From positions 9,970-73,969 of IMG/VR virus record IMGVR_UViG_3300029194_000183: DNA of 64,000 nt; one strand, written 5' to 3'. Made by a program: the position numbers and the translations under genes. Below, in pieces: positions 35,738 to 44,545 of the stretch. Position 1 is the first letter of the stretch; every line of letters begins with the position of its first letter. The notes under the pieces were generated by a model that made no database searches, had not been told where the DNA came from, and saw only the letters and a program-made list of their open reading frames with translations. Source of the stretch: a virus.

Positions 35738-36568
35738 TCATTTCATGCACTCCAGCTGTTTCATCAGGACATTGTAGGAATAATCCCCTGCCTCGGTCTT
35801 GCCGTCCATGTCAAGGACAGGACCAGCTTCCGCAGGGGGATCACTGGGCGGTTCCGTTTGAGCCGCAGGGGTATTAGGCTTGACTCCCAGACGATTCAGG
35901 ACGATTAGATCCATCTGACGGCTGGAGAAAAGGTGCCCTGCCGCATCCTGCTGGAACGGCTTCTTTTCTTCGCCCTCGCCCGGTTCCTCATCGGGAGTCT
36001 GTTCCGGTTCATCGGATGCTTTCTGCTTTGCTTCAAAGAGCACCTCATCCGCAAAGCCCAGCTCGACCGCTTTCTTGGCATTCATCCACGTCTCATTGCT
36101 CATGAGGTTTGCAATGCGGGCATGGGACAGGCCACTCTTGGATGCGTAGGCGTTGATGATGCTCTCCTTGACCTCGTTCAACACCTCGATAGCTTTCTCC
36201 ATATCCTTGGTGTTCCCCATCGCAACGGTACTGGGGTCATGGATCATCAGCATAGCAACCGGGCTCATCTGGACGGTATCTCCGGCCATCGCCACAACGG
36301 ATGCCGCAGATGCAGCAATCGCATCGATCTTGACCGTGATGCTGCCCTTGTAGTCCTTGAGCATGGTATAGATCTCGGCAGCAGCAAACACATTACCGCC
36401 CGGACTGTTGATCCAGACGGTCACATCACCCTCACCGGCATTCAGCTCATCCCGGAACATCTGCGGTGTAATTTCATCACCCCAGAAAGATTCCTCGTCG
36501 ATGGGGCCTTCCAGCCGGAGGGTTCTGGTCTCGTCACTGTCCTTGATCCAGTTCCAGAACTTTTTCAT
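35738..36568 (-). CDS. Prohead maturation protease (ClpP/S14 family)
   Basis: GPIDEESFWGDEITPQMFRDELNAGEGDVTVWINSPGGNVFAAAEIYTMLKDYKGSITVKIDAIAASAASVVAMAGD. Confidence 0.85.
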   Translation of the reverse strand: MKKFWNWIKDSDETRTLRLEGPIDEESFWGDEITPQMFRDELNAGEGDVTVWINSPGGNVFAAAEIYTMLKDYKGSITVKIDAIAASAASVVAMAGDTVQMSPVAMLMIHDPSTVAMGNTKDMEKAIEVLNEVKESIINAYASKSGLSHARIANLMSNETWMNAKKAVELGFADEVLFEAKQKASDEPEQTPDEEPGEGEEKKPFQQDAAGHLFSSRQMDLIVLNRLGVKPNTPAAQTEPPSDPPAEAGPVLDMDGKTEAGDYSYNVLMKQLECMK

Positions 36569-37965
36569 CTACTTCTCCTTCCACTTTTCTTCGGCATACT
36601 CTCACTCTGCCGGTTATCGCTGTCAGGGTTTTCTTCCTCTGGCTGTGTCTGCTGAGGCTGATTCTGCTGGGCAGCGGCAGCCTTGTTCTGCTGCGCCAGT
36701 CCTGCGTCTTTCAACTTCACATAGCCGCCGTTCAGGTAGTAGTCGTCACCGCCCTGGTCAGCCGGGATCAGATCCATGTTTTCCAGACGATGGATATCGT
36801 TGGGAGACAGAAAACCGTTGCTGATGCCGGTGGCATAGCCATTCATCCGGCTCTGGTAGTCGCCGCGCAGCAGACCGTCCACATTGAACTTTGGAAAGTA
36901 GGTATCCTGCTCTTCCTCCAGCAGCAGATCCTTGATGATGCCCTGCTCAATGCGAACGAGCCACGGAGTCAGGGAATGCATCACGAAGTTCAGCGACTGG
37001 TATTCGATGTTGGAGAAGGTCGCATGGGACAGATCCGCTACCAGATGCGGCGGCACACGAAAGATACGGCAGATTTCCGTCACAGAGAACTGCTTGGATT
37101 CAAGGAACTGACTGTCCTCCGGCGGCAGCGACACAGGCTTGTAGGTCATGCCCTCTTCGAGAACAGCCACCCGATGCGCATTTGCCGCACCGCCATAGGC
37201 TGCTTCCCAGTTATCCCGGACCCGGTTGGGGTCCTTGATGATGCCGGGATGTTCCAGAACACCGCTCGGCTGGGCTCCGTTTTTGAAGAAAGCCGAACCG
37301 TACTTGTCCACTGCAATGGAAGTGCCGAGGCTGTTCTTCATCATGGCAATCGGCGAGAAACCAATCAGGCCATTGAAGCCCAGACCCGGAACATGGAAAA
37401 TCTCATCCCTGCGGAAGTAGATATCCTTGTTCTGCTCTCCCGGCACTTCATCGGTGTAAGCGTGGTAGATATAATAGAGTTCGCCGCTTTCGTCCCGGTC
37501 CACTTCGACGTTTTCCGGCAGAAGCGGGTACAGACCAAGAATCGTATTCTTGCCGTCCCGGACGATCTGTGCGTAGGCGTTGCCCCACAGCAGCAGATGG
37601 GTCATCAGAGTTTCCCAGAACACAAAAGCGGTCATTTCCGGATTCGGCTGCCGGTACAGAATCTTGTACAGCGGATGGTCCCGCGCTTTTTCCTTGTTGC
37701 CGTTGTCATCCGTCACCCGGTACAGGTGCAGCGGCAGTGCTGCAATTGACTCTGCCAGCAGACGGACACAGGCATACACGGTCGGGATCTGCATGGCGGC
37801 CTTTTCATCCACCTGTTCCCCGGCATTGGATCGGCCAAACACAAAGGTCTGCCCGGAATCACGGACATTGTCCGTAACCTGGGGCAGACCTTCTTTCGGT
37901 GATGGGGTTTCAGGTTGGGGAGAGTCTCTTGGGTTTTCAAAACCCAGCCATTCCCAGAATGTCAT
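36565..37965 (-). CDS. Portal protein (HK97 family)
   Basis: IPTVYACVRLLAESIAALPLHLYR...WGNAYAQIVRDGKN...FSPIAMMKNSLGTSIA. 466 aa, with a C-terminal Gln-rich tail. Confidence 0.85.
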   Translation of the reverse strand: MTFWEWLGFENPRDSPQPETPSPKEGLPQVTDNVRDSGQTFVFGRSNAGEQVDEKAAMQIPTVYACVRLLAESIAALPLHLYRVTDDNGNKEKARDHPLYKILYRQPNPEMTAFVFWETLMTHLLLWGNAYAQIVRDGKNTILGLYPLLPENVEVDRDESGELYYIYHAYTDEVPGEQNKDIYFRRDEIFHVPGLGFNGLIGFSPIAMMKNSLGTSIAVDKYGSAFFKNGAQPSGVLEHPGIIKDPNRVRDNWEAAYGGAANAHRVAVLEEGMTYKPVSLPPEDSQFLESKQFSVTEICRIFRVPPHLVADLSHATFSNIEYQSLNFVMHSLTPWLVRIEQGIIKDLLLEEEQDTYFPKFNVDGLLRGDYQSRMNGYATGISNGFLSPNDIHRLENMDLIPADQGGDDYYLNGGYVKLKDAGLAQQNKAAAAQQNQPQQTQPEEENPDSDNRQSESMPKKSGRRSR

Positions 37966-38210
37966 CAGGCGTTATCCCCCTTCTCCAGCTCCGGCAGACC
38001 GGCCAGGCTGGTTCCGAGGGAGGCCACGCCAGCCACAATCGCTGCGCTGCCTACCGCCATCCAGTCCACCGTGCCGCTGGGCATCTGTGTCACGACCAGT
38101 GCTGCACCGGTCTGGAACATGGTCTTTGCGGCGCGGATACTTGCTGCGCGCCACCAGCCTGCACTCATCAGATACTTCATATTCTTATCCTCCATGCTTT
38201 TGTGTATCAA
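37965..38210 (-). CDS. Small two-TM membrane protein; possible holin-like (r1t/phiLC3-type pattern)
   Basis: WWRAASIRAAKTMFQTGAALVVTQ...VDWMAVGSAAIVAGVASLGTSLAGLPE shows the pattern R..RT..QT then a TM helix, W, a second TM helix, then LP(E). Located unusually between the large terminase and the portal. Confidence 0.35.
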   Translation of the reverse strand: MIHKSMEDKNMKYLMSAGWWRAASIRAAKTMFQTGAALVVTQMPSGTVDWMAVGSAAIVAGVASLGTSLAGLPELEKGDNA

Positions 38211-39832
38211 AAAACGATCATGTCACGTTCATCGTAGATGCTGCCCTGCTGCTGTCCTTCATTTCGGATGCAGCGGTCTAGTGCCATGATCGCAGCGACG
38301 ATACCGTCAATTTTCTCCGGCGACTTTGCCTTGGTAGGCTTGATATTGCCGGCCGGATCAGTGTCCACGACCACATTGCCAGCCATCCATGCCATGATGG
38401 GGTTGCCGCCGTGAACGATACGTCCTTCCATCAGGAGCTTATAGAACTCCTTGGTGGGCGGGCTCATATCCTTAAATCCTTGTCCGAAAGGTACGACCGT
38501 GAATCCCATCCCCTCTAGGTTCTGGGTCATCTGCACCGCTCCCCATCGGTCAAAGGCGATTTCCAAAATATGATAAGTCTTGCCCAGTTCTTCGATGACT
38601 TTTTCGATGAACCCGTAATGGATGACATTGCCCTCGGTCGCCATCAGGTAGCCCTGCTGGAACCAAATGTCATAGGGCACAGATGCCCTGCGCACACGCT
38701 GGGGAATCGTATCCTCCGGAATCCAGAAGAACGGTAGCATGATGTACTTTTCCTCCGGGGTTCTGGGCGGGAACATCAGCACAAAAGCCGTGATGTCACC
38801 GGTGCTGGACAAGTCCAGTCCACCGTAGCAGTCACGGCCTTTGAGAGCTTCCATATCGATTGGTTGGTTGCCGAGGTCATAGATGTGTTCCGGGATAAAT
38901 CGGGTCAGTGAGGACACCCACATATTCAAACGGAGCTGCTTGAACACATTCTCCTCTGCGGGATTATCCAGCGCCTCCTGAAACGCATCCCTGACACGCT
39001 GGATCTGGATGGTCTGTCCCAGTGAGGGATTGGCTTTGTACCAGTTGGCTTCATCATGCCAGTCATCTTCATCGGTCAGTCCATAGACCACCGGATAGAA
39101 TGTGTGGTCTATCTTGCGACCGGCAAGAAGGTCAAGGGCTTTCATGTGCAACTCATAGCAGATGCTCTCCTTGTCCGTACCGGCCGTGGTGATCAGGAAG
39201 AACAGCGGCTGTTCACGGGCATCACCGGAACCTTTGGTCAGAACGTCGTAGAGCTTGCGGTTGGGCTGGGCATGGACCTCATCCAGCACAAGCCCTGACA
39301 CGTTCAGGCCATGCTTCGTACCGACTTCCGCCGACAACACCTGATAGAATCCAGCGTTGCTGTAGTTCACGATGCGCTTGGTCGCTGCCATGATCTTGCA
39401 GCGTTTCATGAGAGCCGGGGTCATCTGCACCATCTGATTGGCGACATCAAAGACAATGGATGCCTGCTGGCGGTCTGCCGCAGCACCATAGACTTCGGCA
39501 GAGGGTTCGTTATCAGCAAAAAGCAGATACAGTGCTACCGCAGCGGCAAGCTCGGACTTGCCGTTCTTCTTGCCGATTTCGACATACGCCGTGCGGAACT
39601 GACGGTTGCCGCGCTCATCCACAATGCCAAACACATCCCGGATGATCTGCTCCTGCCAAGGGAGCAGCCAGAACCGCTTGCCGGCCCACTTGCCTTTGGT
39701 GTGCCGGAGGTTCTCGATGAAGGTCACAGCCCGGTCAGCTTTAGCGGCATCATAGTGGCAGGTCGGCAACATGAACCGGCTGGGCTTGTAATCTTTCAGT
39801 TTCGGATAGTTTTTAGGTCTTGTCTCTGCCAT
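38207..39832 (-). CDS. Terminase large subunit (Terminase_1 family)
   Basis: Walker A-like YVEIGKKNGKSELAA, Walker B LVLDEVHA, and the C-terminal nuclease region ...GGLDLSSTGDITAFVLMF...IAFDRWGA. Confidence 0.9.
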   Translation of the reverse strand: MAETRPKNYPKLKDYKPSRFMLPTCHYDAAKADRAVTFIENLRHTKGKWAGKRFWLLPWQEQIIRDVFGIVDERGNRQFRTAYVEIGKKNGKSELAAAVALYLLFADNEPSAEVYGAAADRQQASIVFDVANQMVQMTPALMKRCKIMAATKRIVNYSNAGFYQVLSAEVGTKHGLNVSGLVLDEVHAQPNRKLYDVLTKGSGDAREQPLFFLITTAGTDKESICYELHMKALDLLAGRKIDHTFYPVVYGLTDEDDWHDEANWYKANPSLGQTIQIQRVRDAFQEALDNPAEENVFKQLRLNMWVSSLTRFIPEHIYDLGNQPIDMEALKGRDCYGGLDLSSTGDITAFVLMFPPRTPEEKYIMLPFFWIPEDTIPQRVRRASVPYDIWFQQGYLMATEGNVIHYGFIEKVIEELGKTYHILEIAFDRWGAVQMTQNLEGMGFTVVPFGQGFKDMSPPTKEFYKLLMEGRIVHGGNPIMAWMAGNVVVDTDPAGNIKPTKAKSPEKIDGIVAAIMALDRCIRNEGQQQGSIYDERDMIVF

Positions 39833-40311
39833 TATCCGTCACCCCCCCCCAGCAGGCTTTCCATCTCATCAGCGGCATTCGCAGGTTCGCCGTCCGATGC
39901 AATGATCCGGCTTCGGGAAGAAGGTGTCAGACCGAACTGTTCAGCAAACCGGTTCATGATTTTCAGATAGGTCTGGGCAATGGACACCTGCGGCACTTGC
40001 TGCCAGTAGCCAGAGGGTGTTTTGACGATGGTGCCGTGCTGGGTGATGAACTCCTCCGCCTCTTTCCATCTGGCGTATGCTTGGCAATAGCCCGCGAACG
40101 CCGCCATATCAACTTCGGTCAGGATGCCGATGGCTTCCATCTGCTTGGCAAGCCGCCGCCATTCTTTTTTTGCTTCCGGCTCCAGCCATTTCGGACACGC
40201 CGGTGCTTTCTTCGTGGGCTTCGGTTCGCTGGTGTTCAGCGGATGCTTGCCCGGATTGCCTTCCAGCTCTTTCATGGCGGTCGGCTTCGGTTTTCTGCCT
40301 CTGGTAGCCAT
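39832..40311 (-). CDS. Terminase small subunit (P27 family)
   Basis: MATRGRKPKPTAMKELEGNPGKHPLN...KEWRRLAKQMEAIGILTEVDMAAFAGYCQAYARWKEAEEF. Confidence 0.7.
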   Translation of the reverse strand: MATRGRKPKPTAMKELEGNPGKHPLNTSEPKPTKKAPACPKWLEPEAKKEWRRLAKQMEAIGILTEVDMAAFAGYCQAYARWKEAEEFITQHGTIVKTPSGYWQQVPQVSIAQTYLKIMNRFAEQFGLTPSSRSRIIASDGEPANAADEMESLLGGGDG

Positions 40312-40337
40312 TGGCTCCCCCTCCTCTCCTCAAAAAA

Positions 40338-40374
40338 TGGGCAAAAGAAAAAGGACCTCCGAAGAAGTCCTTTG
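40338..40374 (-). terminator. Rho-independent terminator upstream of terS
   Basis: Minus strand reads aaaggacttcttcggaggtcctttttctttt: a 7-bp stem, a ttcg loop, then T5CT4. Confidence 0.4.
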
Positions 40375-40433
40375 TATATCAAACACGGTGGATACGAGAC
40401 ACAGCCCCCTGCGGGGCGTGTGTCCTTTGTGAG

Positions 40434-40811
40434 TTATGCGTTGGGGTTGGCTTCTTTCCAGGCCTCGTACTCATCGACCAGCTCTGCCTCCTCGATGACC
40501 TGCCAGACCGCGCAGAATCGGATGCGCTGGTGGGCGATGTCCTCGGCTGTCCAGCTTTCCGGCTCGTGGCTCATGTCGTGGTAGGCGTCCATCTCGGCTT
40601 TCGTCCGCTGGAAAAGGATGTCTTTGAGCCGCAGACTTTCGGCGTTGTTCCGCAGGGTGTATCGCTTGTCGTCTGCCGCCCTGCAAAGCTTGCCAAGGTC
40701 ATCGCAGTTGATACTCATGTCCTGCTTGAATTTGATCTCGATGCCGGTCAGCTCTCGCTCGGTGGCAGCCGCCTGAATGCTGGCAAGGTAGGTTTTGGCT
40801 TTCTTCATCAT
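40434..40811 (-). CDS. Hypothetical early protein
   Basis: GGAGG RBS precedes ATG (MMKKAKTYL...). Preceded by promoter cassette R1. Confidence 0.45.
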   Translation of the reverse strand: MMKKAKTYLASIQAAATERELTGIEIKFKQDMSINCDDLGKLCRAADDKRYTLRNNAESLRLKDILFQRTKAEMDAYHDMSHEPESWTAEDIAHQRIRFCAVWQVIEEAELVDEYEAWKEANPNA

Positions 40812-40837
40812 GGTTCGTTTCCTCCGTGTGTTTTGTT

Positions 40838-40925
40838 TTCCGTAGGGCTTCTCCCCTTCGGTGTGACTGTATATTACCGTCACGGGGGAGGTATATCAAG
40901 CGGCTATGCTGCACGATCATTCGCC
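40838..40925 (-). promoter_or_regulatory. Conserved promoter/leader cassette copy R1 (minus-strand: TTGATA-N17-TAATAT, leader hairpin, GGAGG)
   Basis: Minus strand reads gatcgtgcagcatagccgcTTGATAtacctcccccgtgacggTAATATacagtcacaccgaaggggagaagccctacggaa. Confidence 0.5.
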
Positions 40926-41015
40926 CACAGGCTTGTTGGATTTATGTGTATATCTGCACCCGGAGGATTCACCGCAACGAGCAAAAGCCCCCCGCAGGGA
41001 GCCCCCGCCCATATC

Positions 41016-41300
41016 TCAGTGTGCGTTCCGGATGCACCATTCGATGGCGTGTCCGGCATCCGAGAAGACCTCATCCGAAATCTTCAGCAGTTCCAGCCGG
41101 CACTCGATCGATGAAAGCCCTTCCTTGGGGTCCTCAGCGAATCCGTAAACCGCAGCCTCCACGCTGCCCTTCCAGTTCGTTTTGGCAACCAGAACCCGGT
41201 CGCCAAACTGCAGGATGCTGTCGTTGCAGGGACTGAGCAGGTCGTAGTAGCTCTCGATGCTGATGCTGTGTTCCGGGAAGTTGTTCAGATGCTTCTTCAT
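41016..41300 (-). CDS. Hypothetical early protein
   Basis: RBS GGAGG precedes ATG MKKHLNN. Preceded by cassette R2. Confidence 0.45.
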   Translation of the reverse strand: MKKHLNNFPEHSISIESYYDLLSPCNDSILQFGDRVLVAKTNWKGSVEAAVYGFAEDPKEGLSSIECRLELLKISDEVFSDAGHAIEWCIRNAH

Positions 41301-41317
41301 GGTGAAATCCTCCGTGT

Positions 41318-41413
41318 TTTTTCATTCCGTAGGGTCTTCCCCTTTCGGTATGCACATATTACCGTCATGTGGGGAGGATAGCAAGCGGCTATACTGCACG
41401 ATCATCCGCCCGG
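41318..41413 (-). promoter_or_regulatory. Promoter/leader cassette copy R2 (TTGCTA-N17-TAATAT)
   Basis: Minus strand reads gatgatcgtgcagtatagccgcTTGCTAtcctccccacatgacggTAATATgtgcataccgaaaggggaagaccctacggaa. Confidence 0.5.
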
Positions 41414-41433
41414 AATACCGGGCAGAATGTACA

Positions 41434-41652
41434 TCACTCTCCGTCCTCGGCATCCTGTTCAATGAATTCCCGGATTACTTCATAAAAGAGCTGGGGGTCG
41501 TATTCCAGCGGCTCACGACCTTGAGAAAAATCAATTTCAATCTGGTCCTTGACCATCTCCTTGGCAGCTTCCAGCGTGAAGCCAGCCTTATCCTCGTCAT
41601 TCATATTGTTGTAGATGTCCACGATAAGGTCCATGGCTTTTTCATCGTTCAT
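41434..41652 (-). CDS. Hypothetical small acidic early protein
   Basis: GGAGGaatgagt ATG (MNDEKAMDL...). It has no cassette of its own; a hairpin ccacacag-ccc-ctgtgtgg lies upstream. Confidence 0.4.
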   Translation of the reverse strand: MNDEKAMDLIVDIYNNMNDEDKAGFTLEAAKEMVKDQIEIDFSQGREPLEYDPQLFYEVIREFIEQDAEDGE

Positions 41653-41772
41653 ACTCATTCCTCCGTTGCCCCACCACCTCGCCACACAGCCCCTGTGTGG
41701 GGCTTGTGCGGTTTGGTTGGGGGAGTTTGTTGGCTTGCATCTGCGCCCCCCTTTGTGGGGGCTGTGTCGGGC

Positions 41773-41967
41773 TTACTTCTCCGCCTTGCCCAGAAGGTAG
41801 GCTTCCTCCATGGCTTTCTGGATGCCCCAGACGGGAACCTCGATGAAATCCTCGCTGTCGCAGCCGCGCGCTTCAAGGTCGCCTCGGCTTTCCACCTCCA
41901 CCATCAGGCGCTTTGCGATGTCCAGCAGGGCTTTCTGCTGCTTCTTGGTCAGGGTCTGCTTTTTCAT
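41773..41967 (-). CDS. Hypothetical small early protein
   Basis: MKKQTLTKKQQKALLDIAKRL... Preceded by cassette R3. Confidence 0.4.
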   Translation of the reverse strand: MKKQTLTKKQQKALLDIAKRLMVEVESRGDLEARGCDSEDFIEVPVWGIQKAMEEAYLLGKAEK

Positions 41968-41974
41968 GTCTATG

Positions 41975-42060
41975 TACCTCGCTTTCGTTTTTGTGACTGT
42001 ATATTACCGTCACGTCTCACAGATAGCAAGGCCGCAGATCACACGATCATTCACGCCAGG
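41975..42060 (-). promoter_or_regulatory. Promoter/leader cassette copy R3 (TTGCTA-N17-TAATAT)
   Basis: Minus strand reads aatgatcgtgtgatctgcggccTTGCTAtctgtgagacgtgacggTAATATacagtcacaaaaacgaaagcgagg. Confidence 0.5.
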
Positions 42061-42133
42061 ATCGGTGTATATTTGAGAGTCCAGGCACAGGAAAAGGGGC
42101 CGCCCTTTCAGGCAAGCCCCCGCCGTTTTCTGC

Positions 42134-42583
42134 TCAGTAGTCTTCTTCCTCATCGTAGTCATCTTCGCAGTCGTCGTAGTCCTCTTCCTCATCGCAGCTG
42201 TCGTCCCAGTCTTCCGCCATATCGCGGTAATCCCACATATCCTTGGTGGGCTGGCTGCGAAGGTCGGGGTTCTGCTTGATGTAGTCGGCAACCGCACCCT
42301 CAAGGGTATCCAGAACCTTTTCGTAGGCATCCTCGCTGAAGATCTCCCAAAGGGCTACGGTCAGGCTGCTGATTTCTGCGTTGCCCTTGGCGATCAGGAA
42401 CCGGGCCGCGGGGTTGCAGGTTTCTTTGCCGTAGCCCTGGTTGACCATGTCGCCGTCGTTGAAGAATCGGTACCCGATCCGTGCGGTGGCTCTGACCAGT
42501 TCTCCGGCGAGGCTATCCGCCTTGCCACTCGTGGGAACCAGTTCCTCGAAAAGCTTATTGATGCGGTTTTCATTCTTCGTCAT
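42134..42583 (-). CDS. Hypothetical early protein with a strongly acidic C-terminal tail (possible DNA mimic)
   Basis: The C-terminus reads DMWDYRDMAEDWDDSCDEEEDYDDCEDDYDEEEDY. RBS GGAGG precedes ATG. Preceded by cassette R4. Confidence 0.45.
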   Translation of the reverse strand: MTKNENRINKLFEELVPTSGKADSLAGELVRATARIGYRFFNDGDMVNQGYGKETCNPAARFLIAKGNAEISSLTVALWEIFSEDAYEKVLDTLEGAVADYIKQNPDLRSQPTKDMWDYRDMAEDWDDSCDEEEDYDDCEDDYDEEEDY

Positions 42584-42611
42584 TTTTGTATCCTCCAGCG
42601 TGTTTTTTGTG

Positions 42612-42702
42612 TTTTCCGTGGGGTTTTCCCTTTCGGTATGCACATATTACCGTCACTTTCGTACACTATCAAGCGGCTATGATACACGATCATTCGCCCC
42701 TG
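42612..42702 (-). promoter_or_regulatory. Promoter/leader cassette copy R4
   Basis: Plus strand reads ttccgtggggttttccctttcggtatgcacatattaccgtcac...atcaagcggctatgatacacgatcat, the reverse complement of a TTGATA-N17-TAATAT promoter plus leader hairpin. Confidence 0.5.
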
Positions 42703-42787
42703 GATTTGTGTACATTCGGGCGGTATGACATTGGATGGACACGAGCAAAAGGCCGGTTTCCCAGCCCCTTGCCCCTATCCGTCCGGT

Positions 42788-43048
42788 TTACTTGCGGATT
42801 TCGAGGTAGCTTGTATTGCCCCAGCAATCCGTGGTCTTGAACCGCACCCTCTGCTCGGTTTCCCGGTCGAAGGCAACCTTCCTCAGAAGTTTCATCTTCT
42901 GGATGCGCCGCAGAAGGTCTGCTGCGTTCTCGGCATCTTCGATGGCATCCTGGATCTCGACCACCGAGCAGTCGGTGCCGTACCAAAGGTTGCTGAGTGC
43001 CTCCGGAATGCCGTTGGCAGTGAAAAGTCGGATGTTCGTGTAGGTCAT
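42788..43048 (-). CDS. Hypothetical early protein
   Basis: MTYTNIRLFTANGIPEALSNLWYGTDCSVVEIQD... Preceded by cassette R5. Confidence 0.4.
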   Translation of the reverse strand: MTYTNIRLFTANGIPEALSNLWYGTDCSVVEIQDAIEDAENAADLLRRIQKMKLLRKVAFDRETEQRVRFKTTDCWGNTSYLEIRK

Positions 43049-43059
43049 GGTGTTTATCT

Positions 43060-43138
43060 CCCTTCGTTTTTGTGACTGTATATTACCGTCACTCAGGGGT
43101 GATAGCAAGCGGCTAATGTACACGATCATCTAGCCCAG
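43060..43138 (-). promoter_or_regulatory. Promoter/leader cassette copy R5
   Basis: Plus strand reads gtgactgtatattaccgtcactcaggggtgatagcaagcggctaatgtacacgatcat. Confidence 0.5.
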
Positions 43139-43154
43139 CACTCCGGAAAATGTG

Positions 43155-43709
43155 TCACTTTGCGCCGTCGTGGTATTCCTCGATATACTGCCTTCCGTCC
43201 GGTTCGGTGACCACCGCAGGGTAGCGCACACGGCTGCCGTGCCGGGTCAGGAGCTCGGCGGCAAGGTCTGCAAGTTCTCCGAGGATCTCCATGTTCCATT
43301 GGAGGTCGTCATCCTCCGCCATGACCTTGCAGAATTCATACGCAGCGTTGTAGATCTCATCGTTGCGGGCACTCTGGGCATCCGAAAGCTCCAGTTCCTC
43401 GTCCGTTTCCGGCGCCGTGGATTTCGGGCACTCTGCCCAGCGCCCTTCGTAGGTCTCGCCAGCCTCACAGCCGTCGGCGTCGTATTCGTTGACCCGAACC
43501 CACCGGTTCGACTGGAACACTCGCTCGGTGATGCCGTTCTTCCGGATGCTGAGCATCACCTTCTCCCCATTTTCATTGACACCCCACAGGGCGTCCGGGT
43601 AATCCCCGAACTCCTGAATCATCTGGCGGCGAGTGGCAAGGTCGCCAAAATTGGCGGCCAATACATTGAGCCGGATCGTGTCCAGCTTCTTGTCCAGTTC
43701 CATTTTCAT
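43155..43709 (-). CDS. Hypothetical early protein (184 aa)
   Basis: RBS AAAGGGGAG precedes ATG MKMELDKK. In an operon with 43727–43933. Confidence 0.45.
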   Translation of the reverse strand: MKMELDKKLDTIRLNVLAANFGDLATRRQMIQEFGDYPDALWGVNENGEKVMLSIRKNGITERVFQSNRWVRVNEYDADGCEAGETYEGRWAECPKSTAPETDEELELSDAQSARNDEIYNAAYEFCKVMAEDDDLQWNMEILGELADLAAELLTRHGSRVRYPAVVTEPDGRQYIEEYHDGAK

Positions 43710-43726
43710 GTTCGTTCTCCCCTTTC

Positions 43727-43933
43727 TCAGAATTCCAAGGTCTCCAGAACCTCGTCCGTGCCTGTCTCCCAGTCGTGGCGGGTCAGGCGGATTCGGCTGT
43801 ACATCTCGGCGCTGTCCGGCTCATCGAAAAGCCGGAAGCATTCTCTGGCAACCCCCTCATCGGTGTACTGCTGGGTCTCGTCGGGCTGGCCGTCCAGCCG
43901 GGTGAAGGTGATCTCGTAGGTGTAGCGTTCCAT
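43727..43933 (-). CDS. Hypothetical small early protein
   Basis: RBS GGAAGG precedes ATG MERYTYEITF. Preceded by cassette R6. Confidence 0.4.
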   Translation of the reverse strand: MERYTYEITFTRLDGQPDETQQYTDEGVARECFRLFDEPDSAEMYSRIRLTRHDWETGTDEVLETLEF

Positions 43934-43944
43934 GTTTTTCCTTC

Positions 43945-44030
43945 CTTTCCGTTTCGGTATGTGCATATTACCGTCGTTTCGGCATAATAGCAAGGCCATA
44001 AAACGTCATATTATCGACGATCATCAGCTC
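43945..44030 (-). promoter_or_regulatory. Promoter/leader cassette copy R6 (TTGCTA-N17-TAATAT)
   Basis: Minus strand reads gatgatcgtcgataatatgacgttttatggccTTGCTAttatgccgaaacgacggTAATATgcacataccgaaacggaaagg. Confidence 0.5.
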
Positions 44031-44039
44031 ATATCTTTG

Positions 44040-44138
44040 GTAGATCTATGTCGATAAATGGCCTTGATAAATATGTGTTTTAGAGCGAATATACAGACAC
44101 CGAAAGGAAAACACACACGGAAAACGGAGGCAGCCACC
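44040..44138 (+). promoter_or_regulatory. Plus-oriented copy (R6') of the promoter/leader cassette, back-to-back with R6
   Basis: Plus strand reads tcgataaatggccTTGATAaatatgtgttttagagcgAATATAcagacaccgaaaggaaaacacacacggaaaacGGAGGcagccacc ATG. Confidence 0.5.
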
Positions 44139-44387
44139 ATGAAAAAGACCATCAGCGAGATTGAAAGCATCATCGAGGACCGCATTGCAGAGCTTGAAGA
44201 AGAATACGAGCTGGACATTTTCGACCGCAACGACATTCGGGAAGAAGAATACCGCAAGGGCGGTTGGAAACACGACCCCTTCCCCGAAGAACTGGAGGAG
44301 GAAGAGGACGAGGAAGAAGAATGGCATTACATGAGCCTTGAGCAGCAGCTCTACGAAGTCGGCATGAGCATGCGGGATTTCCTTTAA
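44139..44387 (+). CDS. Hypothetical acidic protein (82 aa), the only plus-strand gene in the early region
   Basis: GGAGG RBS precedes ATG MKKTISEIESIIEDRIAELEEEYELD...EELEEEEDEEEEWHYM. Followed by a hairpin terminator. Confidence 0.45.
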   Translation: MKKTISEIESIIEDRIAELEEEYELDIFDRNDIREEEYRKGGWKHDPFPEELEEEEDEEEEWHYMSLEQQLYEVGMSMRDFL

Positions 44388-44404
44388 GGGAATCCGCCAA
44401 GGAA

Positions 44405-44450
44405 CCCCCAGCAAAGGCTGGGGCTGTTCCTCGTTGTCCCCGTTTTCCGT
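44405..44450 (+). terminator. Plus-strand terminator after 44139–44387
   Basis: ccccagcaaaggctgggg stem-loop followed by ctgttcctcgttgtccccgttttcc. Confidence 0.35.
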
Positions 44451-44479
44451 TGACCATATACACAGTTCTGTTTCCGTAA

Positions 44480-44545
44480 GATTGTGGAAGATCCTGCTCT
44501 TTCCCGGCTTGCTATTCTTGCAAACCAGAGCTAATATACAGTAAA
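44480..44545 (+). promoter_or_regulatory. Orphan plus-strand copy of the promoter cassette (TTGCTA-N17-TAATAT) with no downstream ORF
   Basis: Plus strand reads cccggcTTGCTAttcttgcaaaccagagcTAATATacagtaaactgggaaaggg. It shares the TAATATacagt leader start with R1, R3 and R5. Confidence 0.4.
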
